Origin: Gammaproteobacteria bacterium
GTDB taxonomy: Bacteria > Pseudomonadota > Gammaproteobacteria > Eutrophobiales > Eutrophobiaceae
Length of the DNA: 25,400 nt
Assembly: GCA_965222155.1 (NCBI GenBank)
Contig: CBDCTH010000006.1
Coordinates: forward strand, 1-25,400
Reading direction: 5' to 3'
The first letter of the stretch is position 1. Each line of letters starts with the position of its first letter. A model generated the notes under the pieces. It worked only from the letters and a program-made list of their open reading frames with translations. It was not told the DNA's origin and did no database searches. Both the position numbers and the translations under genes were made by a program. Shown here in pieces: positions 17,217 to 25,400 of the stretch.

Positions 17217-20200
17217 CTACTCCCAACCGGGGCTGCGTCCCAGAGTGTGCGGCCCGTGTAAGCCACGCGCCGGGGTCGCCAACCCCGCACCCCCCAGCCC
17301 GTAGCGCAGCCACAGCATGAGGCCATGGTCCGGGGACTCGAACATACCCTCCCGGCGCGCACTCTCCAGACTCAGCGTCAGCGCGCGGCCCAGCTCGAAC
17401 ACCCCGCCCAACCGGTAACGCCGCCCGCCCCCGTCCACTACCAGGCCCCCATAAGGCGTGAGCAGACCGCCCCCGGCCGCCAGCCCATAACCCAACTCGG
17501 TCTCCCACCGCACCCCGCGGGACGGTGAGCCAAGCCCACCGGCCCCGGCCGCCGAGTCCTTCTCCCAGAGCCGCTCAACAGCGCCGGCCCCGGCCTGGCC
17601 GCCAGCCAGGCCGTCCACCACGCCCCAACCCGGGCGCACACGGAACGACAGCCCGCGCCCGTCCGTCCCCGGCGTCAGCACCACCAGTCCCCCGACGCCC
17701 CATTCCTCGATGTCCCCCGCGTGCGCCAGCAGCGCCCGGCCATAGCCTTCTACCCGCAGCCCCCGGGCCGGGTCGGCCCAGACCAGCCCGCCGCCCCACT
17801 CCAGCCCGCCGCCGGTCACGCCATCGCCGCCGTCATGGCGCAGCCCCAACGCCACCGAAGGCGTCACGGTCCCGCCCCCGGCCAGGGGGTGGGCATGCGA
17901 GCCCTCCAGCGCCAGGCGCAGCCGCCACACGTCCGTCGCCAGCCCCTCAATCAACCCCGCCGCCTCCACCTCATAGCGCGAGCCCCACCACGCACCCTTG
18001 AGATTCAACGCCGTCGCCCCGCCGGCAACCAGACTGTTGCCTGCAAACAGCCGCACCCGACCGCCCAGCGCCGCCGTGGCCTGCTCGCTGTCCGCGGCCT
18101 GCCGGCCGGCCTCAGCGTCCCGGAGCCGTACCTCGCCCACCCCATAGCCCAGGGCGCCCCACAGACCTAACTCGGCCCGGGGGTGCCAACCCACGTAGGG
18201 GTAGACACTCAGCAGCCGGCTTTCATGGGCGCCCTCTATGGGCAGGTAGCCGGCCGCACCCCGGTCGGTGTAGTCAAACTCGCCCTTGGCCCAGGACAGC
18301 GCCAGACCCGCCAGCAGGTCGTCCCGGAGCCGGGCGTCCAGCCCCAGGCGGGCGCTCAACACGGCGCCGTCCCAGTGCACCGGGTCAGCGGCCCCTGCCC
18401 GGTCGTCATCCCCCCCGGACAGGCGCCGGTAATCGCCCCCGCCCCACAGGGTGATAGTGTTCAGCCCCCCGGCGGGGGGGCCCTCGTCCAGGCGCAGGGC
18501 AAAGGACGAGCGCCCCAGCACCTCTGCCCAGCGCCCCGCACGCAGGGCCTCAGCCTGCCCCCACAGCAGCCCCGCCAGAGTCTCGGCCGGCGTGGCTGCG
18601 CCCGGCGCCGCGTCGGCACTGTCAATGCGCCGCTCTACGGCGTCCAGGGTACCGGCCACCAGGGCCCGGGACAAGGCCGGGAGAATGGCCCGGTTGACCC
18701 GCTTAAGTCGCGCCCGGGCCCGCGCATCGGTCTCCGCGGAGACTTCGAGGACCACCGCCGTACTGACACGCAGCCCCGCCGTGTCACGGGCCACGACCGT
18801 GACGGGGTAGGCCGGGTGGGTCTCACGGTCCAGCACCACGCCCTACCTGAGATAGAGGGCGTGGCCGGCCACCTCGAACACCGCCGCCTGCTCACCCTCC
18901 AGGGTGAAGCGGTGTTGGTCCCCGGCGTCCGGATCCGTGGCGGACAGCGTTGCGACCTGCACCGGGCCGGCGCGGGTGTCGAGGTTCTCGGCGATGGCGC
19001 CGTCCGTGACCGGGGGTACCCAGGTCACCCTTATCCCGGTGGGCGCCTCGTTGGCATCGGTCACTTCGAGCGTCTGCTCAGCGCCGGTGACGCTGAGACC
19101 ACCATTATCGGTCGCAGTGAGCGTGAAGCCATGGCCCGGCTGCGTCTCGTAATCCAGCCCTACACCCTGCTTCAGGTAGAGCGCCGTACCGATAATCTCG
19201 AAGATGTCCGCACCGCTGAGGCTGAAGACGTGACTGTCGTCGGCATCGGGGTCGACCGCGGACAGCTCGGCCAACTGCACCGGCCCGGCACTTGTGTCCA
19301 CGTCCTCGGCGATGGCGCCGTCCGTGGCCGGGGGGACCCAGGCGATAATCACTTCGGTCGGCGCCTCGTTGGCATTGGTCACGGCAAGGGCCTGCTCAGT
19401 GCCGGTGACGCTGAGACCGCCGCCATCCGTTGCAGTGAGTGTGACGCCATGGCGTGGTTGTGTCTCGTAATCCAGTATCACACCCTGCTTCAGGTAGAGC
19501 GCGGCGCCGGTAATCTCGAAGAGTGTCGTATCACTGAGGCTGAAGATGTGACTGTCGTCGGCATCGGGGTCGACCGCGGACAGTTCGGCCAGCTGCACCG
19601 GCCCGGCGCTCGTGTCCACGTCCTCGGCCATCATGCCGTCCGTGGCCGGGGGCACCCAACTGACAATCACCCCGGTGGGCACAGCATTGACGGGCGCAGG
19701 CGTCGGCGGCCTGACGGTGGGCCTGACCGGCGCCAGCGCCCTGACCGTGACGGTACTGGGCTTGCTGCTGTGGCCACTCTCGCTGTTGGCGGCAATCAGG
19801 GTATAGACGGCGCCCACACGGGTCTCGACTGCCAGCTGGTTGCCGGCGGGCAGCCCATCGCCCGGGTCTATCAGGACGGTGCCCTGGTCATCGACCAGGC
19901 TCAGCACGTCCGTGTTAGCGCTCACCGCCCAACTCAGGGTTGACTTGCCGTCCTTCAGTGGCGTGGCCTCGAAGCGGGTGATTTCGGGGAGGCTGGTGCT
20001 GGTGCCGGGTCCAAGGGGGGTGACAGGCTCAGGGGACGTCGTTACGGACGCGGGCGTCGCCGTGGCGCTGGCTGACCAGGCGCTCGGCCCCTGCGCGTTC
20101 ACCGCCCGCACCTGCACCGCGTAGTCCTGGCCGTTGGTCAGGCCGGAAATGGTTGTGGTGGTGGTGCCGGCATCGGTGGCGCCGTGGCGGGTCCAGGTGC

Positions 20201-22380
20201 CGCTCGCGCCGGCGCGGTACTGGATATTGTAGCCCGTGATGGGCGAGCCGCCGTCGCTGCCGGGCGCGCGCCATGCTACCTCGAGCTGCCGGTCGCCGGG
20301 CGTCAGGGTCAGGATCGCGGGGGCGGCGGGTGCCGTGGCGGCGGGCGCGGGCGTCGCCGTGGCGGCGGTTGACCAAGCGCCCGGTCCCCGCACGTTCAGC
20401 GCCTGTACCTGCACCTGGTAGGGCTGGCCGTTATCCAGACTCGTGATAGTGGTGCTGGTACCCGTGCCGGTGAAGGGGTGGTCGGCCCATGAGCTGCCCG
20501 CATCGGCACTGTAGCGGACGTTGTAGTCGGTGATGGCCGAGCCGCCGTCGCTGCCGGGTGCGTGCCATGACACCTCGAGCTGCCGGTCGCCGGGCGTCAG
20601 GGTCAGGATCGCGGGGGCGGCGGGCGCCGTGGCGGCAGGCGTGGGCGTCGCCGTGGCGCTGGCTGACCAGGCGCTCGGCCCCTGCGCGTTCACGGCCTGT
20701 ACCTGCACCTCGTAGCGCTGGCCGTTGGTGAGGTCGGTGATGGTCGTGGTGGTAGTACTTGCATCGGTGCCGCTGTGTGCGGCCCACGAACTGCCCGCAT
20801 CCGTGCTGTACTGGATGTTGTAGCCCGTGATGGCCGAGCCGCCGTCACTGCCGGGCGCACTCCAGGCCACCTCAAGCTGCTCGTCGCCAGGCGTGAGAGT
20901 CGGGGCATCCGGCGCGGCGGGCACCGTGGGATTGGGCGTGGCGCTGGCGCTGGTTGACCAGGCGCCCGGTCCCCGCACGTTCAGCGCCTGTACCTGCACC
21001 TGGTAGCTCTGGCCGTTGGCGAGACCGGTTAAAGTGGAACTTCGAGTGTAAGATACGGCTGTCTTCTCCACCCACGCTGCGCTCGCGCCTTGGCGGTAGC
21101 GGATCTTGTAGCCCGTGATGGTCGATCCGGCGGTGGGCTTGACCCACTTTACCTTGATATACTCGTCGCCGGTCGTGAGGGTCGGCGCAGCCGGCGCCGT
21201 GGGAACGGTCCCGGGCGTGGCTGTGACGATGGGCGACCAGCCGCCCGGCCCCCGCGCGTCCTCCGCCCGCACCCGCACCTCATAGCTCTGGCCGTTGGTG
21301 AGACCGGTTAAAGTGGAACCTCGAAGGTTAGGTCGGGCTGTCACCCCCGTCCACGAGCCGGCCCCACTGGGTCGGTACTGGAGGTAGTAGCCCGTAATGT
21401 CCGTAATGGTCGGACCGCGTGCGGGGCTGGCCCATTCCACCTGGATCTGCCTGTCACCGGGCGTCAGGGTCGGAGCAAAGAGCGGGTTGAGCCGGTCCTC
21501 GGGCGTAGCGCTGGCGCTGGGCGACCAAGCGCCCGGTCCCCGCGCGTTCACGGCCTGCACCTGCACCTGGTAACTCTGGCCGTTGGTGAGGCCGGACAAC
21601 CTGATACCGATTGTATAATATCTGTAACCACGCTGCGTCCACAAGCCGCCCGTATCGGGTCGGTAGCGGATGTTGTAGTCCGTAAGGGGCGAGCCGCCGT
21701 CATCGTCGAGGACGTCCCACTCCACCAAGAGCCTCCCGTCACCGGGCGTGAGGGTCGGCGCAACCATCGCCGCGGGAACGGTCGCGGGCGTGGCGCTGAC
21801 GCTGGCCGACCAGGCGCCCGGGCCCTGCTCGTTCACGGCCTGCACCTGCACCTGGTAGCTGCGGTCGTTGGTGAGGCCGGTGATGGTCGTGCTCGTGCCG
21901 GTACCCGTGAAACCGGGGTCGCTCCAGCCGCCGCTGCTACCGGGGCGGTAGCGCACGTTGTAGTCCGTGAGGGCAGAGCCGCCGGCGTCGGCCGGCGCGC
22001 TCCACTCCACCTCGATCTGCCGGTCGCCGGGGTTGAGGACCAGGGCCGTGGGCGCATCCGGGACCGTCTGCGCCCACGCCGACACGGTCAGCCCGCACAT
22101 CAGTATCATGAACGCCAGGGCGCACAAGACCCCGCGCCGGAATCGGTTGGATAGCCCCGTCCTTGCCGACGCCCTTCCGGCACCCGCTACCCGCGCGCGC
22201 GGCGAAGCGGCAGCGCGGCACCGGTGATTCGTTATCTCATGTGGGGGGGGGGGGGGTGAAGGAGGATGGGCGCGGGACGCCGCGCAGACGATGCGTCAGC
22301 GAGTCAGCACTGCAACCGGCGGCGTTGACCGTTCCGAACTCTCCCCCGTAAGGCAAGCGAGCGTTCATATTTATTGCCAT
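17217..22380 (-). pseudogene. Large adhesin: 7 Fn3 repeats, Ig-like linker, 3 cadherin-like repeats, autotransporter-like barrel; interrupted as assembled
   Basis: ORFs 18843-22127 and 17217-18839 are in frame and separated by one TAG. Upstream ATGs (22380/22368) are one base out of frame across a C14 tract. Signal peptide ends ..VSAWA/Q. Visibly GC-richer than its neighbours. Confidence 0.85.
22243..22256 (-). repeat. C14 homopolymer (G14 on + strand) in the adhesin 5' region
   Basis: Run of 14 G at 22243-22256. Confidence 0.9.
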
Positions 22381-22469
22381 GGCTATCCATCCCCTAATCA
22401 TAGTCGGCATACCCTACCCCACTGCTTCATGCAATGTCAACCTCTTTGTCCAGCAGTTCCCGCTAACTC

Positions 22470-22578
22470 CCGGGGTCGAGGGCAGGATGCCCTCGTGGCG
22501 GGCGGGACGCTCTCCCTCCCAGGGAAACATGCCCCCTAATCTCCTGGGGGACTGGGGGACAGATTTAAATCTGTCCCC
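22470..22578. repeat. Composite repeat: REP-like doublet plus perfect 24-bp palindrome, copy 2
   Basis: GAGGGCA-GGA-TGCCCTC hairpin, GCGGGACGCTCTCCCTCCCAGG, palindrome at 22555-22578. Confidence 0.85.
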
Positions 22579-22870
22579 AGAGGCAGCCATGCCTCTTGCA
22601 TGGGTCTCGCCGTAACCTTTCACCAGGCGGGCGGGCATTCGGCGATTTCTACTGCCAGGTCATAATCGGTGACGGCGCTATCGGTCACAGCTGAAGGTTG
22701 TCGTCCAAGCAAACTGGTATACAGACACGGCTTTTTCTATTGCGCCCCTTTCCAAGGCGGAATCAGGGTAATGACTACATCAATCGAGACCTCATTGTTT
22801 GCTATGAAATGGTAATCTGATGCACCATGTTATCCTGGGAAAAATCAAGACGCATGAGGAGAACGCTCTT

Positions 22871-24127
22871 ATGCATGTATTAATTGCAGGCGCAGGCATT
22901 GGCGGTTTAACTGCCGCGTTGAGTTTGGAAAAAGTCGGTATTGAAGTAACGGTCTTTGAAAGTACGGAAACCATCGAACCACTGGGTGTGGGGATTAATA
23001 TCCTGCCCCACGCTTCGAGGGAGTTGATCGCGCTCGGACTCAAGGATGACCTGGACAGGCTCGCCATTCGCACCCGCTCCATGAAATATTTTTCCCGGCG
23101 CGGCAAGCAGGTCATCAGCGTCCCGTGCGGCGAATATGCCGGTTACAACTGGCCGCAGTACTCGCTGCAGCGCGGGGAATTGCAGATGTTGTTGCTTGAA
23201 ACATTCAAACAACGTGCTGGTGAGGACAGAGTTTTCACCGGCCATCAACTTGCGGGCTTCACCCAGAACGGAAATTCGGTAACGGCGAATTTTATCGAAC
23301 CCTCATTGAAGAAACCGATAGCGGAATTTACGGGAGACCTGCTCATTGGCGCTGACGGACTCCATTCGGTGACAAGAAAAACGCTATATCCGGACGAAGG
23401 CGCAGCGGTTTATGCCGGCATGGTATGCTTTCGCGGGGCAGTTAAGTCAGCACCCTATCTCGATGGCGAATCCATGATCATCTGCGGTGACAAGCGCCTG
23501 CGCCTGGTGTCGTATCCCATCTCCGGATCGTTACAGAGGAATGGACACAGCCATATCAACTGGATTGGCGCCGTCCCTTTTATCACGGACAAACGCCAGG
23601 AGGAAGACTGGGGTAAGCTGACCAGGCCGGATAACCTGATCGAACTCTACAGCGACTGGCAGTTTGACTGGCTGGACGTGCCCGGCCTCATCTCTGAAAC
23701 GAACCAGATATTTGAATTTCCGGTTTATGACAGGGACCCGCTGGAACACTGGACGTTTGACAGGGTAAGCCTGTTGGGCGATGCGGCGCACCCCCTGATC
23801 CCGGTCAGTTCCAGCGGCGCGGTTCACGCCATTATCGACGGCAGGGCCCTGGCTTATGCATTGGCAACACATCAGGACCCGGTAGCAGGTCTGCATACCT
23901 ATGAAGCCGACAGGCTGCCGAAAGCGAACCGGGTGGTGCTGGCCAGTCGCAGGAACGGTCCCGATGAAGTACTGGAGATAGTGAGGAATGAATGCCCTGA
24001 AGGTGCGGATGACATTCATGAATATGTCAGCAAAGACAGGTTGCAATCCGTTATCGATGATTTCAAGGAGCGATCGGGTTTTGCTATAGATACACTCAAC
24101 AACCGCCCTTCTTACACGGTCAACTAG
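22871..24127 (+). CDS. FAD-dependent monooxygenase (class A flavoprotein)
   Basis: IAGAGIGGL, GADGLHS, LLGDAAHP motifs; RBS GAGGAG before ATG 22871. Confidence 0.9.
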   Translation: MHVLIAGAGIGGLTAALSLEKVGIEVTVFESTETIEPLGVGINILPHASRELIALGLKDDLDRLAIRTRSMKYFSRRGKQVISVPCGEYAGYNWPQYSLQRGELQMLLLETFKQRAGEDRVFTGHQLAGFTQNGNSVTANFIEPSLKKPIAEFTGDLLIGADGLHSVTRKTLYPDEGAAVYAGMVCFRGAVKSAPYLDGESMIICGDKRLRLVSYPISGSLQRNGHSHINWIGAVPFITDKRQEEDWGKLTRPDNLIELYSDWQFDWLDVPGLISETNQIFEFPVYDRDPLEHWTFDRVSLLGDAAHPLIPVSSSGAVHAIIDGRALAYALATHQDPVAGLHTYEADRLPKANRVVLASRRNGPDEVLEIVRNECPEGADDIHEYVSKDRLQSVIDDFKERSGFAIDTLNNRPSYTVN

Positions 24128-24171
24128 TGTCAGATACTGAAGGGTCAACATTTCTGATTGAAACGAAGATT

Positions 24172-25020
24172 ATGAGCGATACCTACCAGACTCAACCCCT
24201 GTCAGATGGGACCGGAGTGGCGCTGACAGGCGTACAGATCAGCAGGGGAATCGACCGCGCAACCATCGATACGATTGTCAACCTGCTTTACCGCCACGCG
24301 CTGGTATGCATTCCAGACCAGGAATTGACACCGAGTGAACTGGCTGAATTCGGCACCTGTTTGGGCCGACCCGTTCACCATAACGAAGAGAATCTCCGCC
24401 TCAATGGATTACCCGGCGTCATGTCGTTATCGAACGCAGACGATCGCGACGAGCGCCAACTCAACGGCGGCGCGCACTGGCACACGGACCTGGTGTATAC
24501 CGATGAGCCGGCCAGCTTCACCATGTTGAACGCAATTGCGGTGCCGTCCTCCGGCGGTGGAACGCTGTTCGCCAACCAGTCTGCCGCGTATGAAGCACTG
24601 CCGCAGGCGCTGCGGCGTAGGGTCGATGCGATGACCGTGATCCACTGTTACGAGGGGCGTACCGACGGCTCAATGCCGCTGGTGCGCCATCCACTGGTTC
24701 GACCGCATCCGGTTACCGGTGCGCGCGCCCTGTACGGGGCCGCCGATACCGGGATCGGCATCGAAGGCATGTCCGACGAAGCCGCCCGGGCGTTTTTACT
24801 GGAACTCGCTGAACATGCGACGGCAGAGCGCTTTGTCTATCGACATGGTTACCACAGGAATGATGTCGTGATCTGGGATAACTCGCAGCTTCTGCACTGC
24901 GCAGAGCGACTGGAGCGATCAAGCGCACCTGAGCAGGATCGAATCATGCACCGCGTGTCGGTACGCGGTTGGCCGGATACCCACGCTCCTGCCCGCATTA
25001 CAATAACTAGCCCGCATTAA
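24172..25020 (+). CDS. TauD/TfdA-family Fe(II)/2-oxoglutarate dioxygenase
   Basis: HWHTD, GGGTLFAN, HPLVRPHPVTG, WDNSQLLH..HRV motifs. Confidence 0.9.
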   Translation: MSDTYQTQPLSDGTGVALTGVQISRGIDRATIDTIVNLLYRHALVCIPDQELTPSELAEFGTCLGRPVHHNEENLRLNGLPGVMSLSNADDRDERQLNGGAHWHTDLVYTDEPASFTMLNAIAVPSSGGGTLFANQSAAYEALPQALRRRVDAMTVIHCYEGRTDGSMPLVRHPLVRPHPVTGARALYGAADTGIGIEGMSDEAARAFLLELAEHATAERFVYRHGYHRNDVVIWDNSQLLHCAERLERSSAPEQDRIMHRVSVRGWPDTHAPARITITSPH

Positions 25021-25400
25021 CTGGGAGGAAGGATGTCAAATTTCGGTATCCCAGCAGGGAAAGTGGCCCAGGCAGGGGCAACCGAGGTGTAAATAAGCAT
25101 TTTGGGTAATAACTTATCTCCACCAGCAATCGTGCTCGCTGATAAAGAATATAAGTCAAAACCATCACACTTAAGACCTAGGACTGTCGAACAATTACCA
25201 CAAAACAGGCGATGCGTCTCACTTCCGGAGTCACCCAGCGCCGTGAAGCTTGACGGCGTGCCTTTAACAATTCTGAATTTATCAAACGGTACCCAGACAC
25301 CGAACCACTTATCAGAATTTGTGTGTAACTGGCAGGTTTTGCAATAACAAAAAACGGTATTTATCGGATCATCCTGAAATTCATACTGAATGTTTCCGCA
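25017..25400 (-). CDS. GFA / CENP-V family zinc protein (5' end beyond the window)
   Basis: Not in the ORF track. Reads CGNIQY..CYCKTCQ..GDSG..RLFCGNCST..IYTSVAPAWATFPAGIPKFDILPPS*; its stop overlaps the dioxygenase stop (TTAA). Confidence 0.85.
   Translation of the reverse strand, partial: CGNIQYEFQDDPINTVFCYCKTCQLHTNSDKWFGVWVPFDKFRIVKGTPSSFTALGDSGSETHRLFCGNCSTVLGLKCDGFDLYSLSASTIAGGDKLLPKMLIYTSVAPAWATFPAGIPKFDILPPS

Noticed and set aside
18843-18845. Pyrrolysine or genome-wide TAG recoding
   Set aside because: TAG is a normal stop for other genes here (10757, 24127, 17217), and the sister repeats have Gln, so a point mutation is simpler.
18183-19943. 586-aa + strand ORF, and other long antisense ORFs such as 15986-17008
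   Set aside because: Shadow frames of GC-rich genes with no recognisable motifs.
19900-22070. Repeats as a CRISPR array or DGR template/variable pair
   Set aside because: They are ~290-bp coding Fn3 repeats; there is no repeat-spacer periodicity, no cas or reverse transcriptase gene, and no evident adenine-specific pattern.
25102-25347. 81-aa + strand ORF
   Set aside because: Antisense to the GFA-family gene, which has clear Cys motifs.

Overview
Bacterial window, probably gammaproteobacterial; the adhesin type and toxin-antitoxin (TA) density suggest a host-associated organism, but that is inference only. From left to right: an IS5-family element cut by the window edge; a purine catabolism/salvage cluster (guaD, uraD, MFS transporter, puuE, divergent alc and a phosphoribosyltransferase); an Xre-RES TA module between perfect 62-bp direct repeats; coxG-like plus a secreted TPR-like protein; hicBA with an unusual N-terminally fused HicB; a 1.7-kb pile of broken TA/defence genes next to an intact MntA and AAA ATPase; an arylsulfatase; a GC-rich Fn3/cadherin/autotransporter adhesin that is out of frame at a C14 tract and split by an in-frame amber codon; an FAD monooxygenase, a TauD-family dioxygenase and a partial GFA gene. 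The most unusual content is non-coding: three repeat families of two copies each. These are a MITE-like element with 16-bp TIRs and CTAA/CTAG flanks (one copy hosting two inverted, covarying hairpin units), a REP-doublet joined to a perfect 24-bp palindrome, and the 62-bp repeats. Family assignments come from motif recognition and recalled consensus sequences, not database searches.
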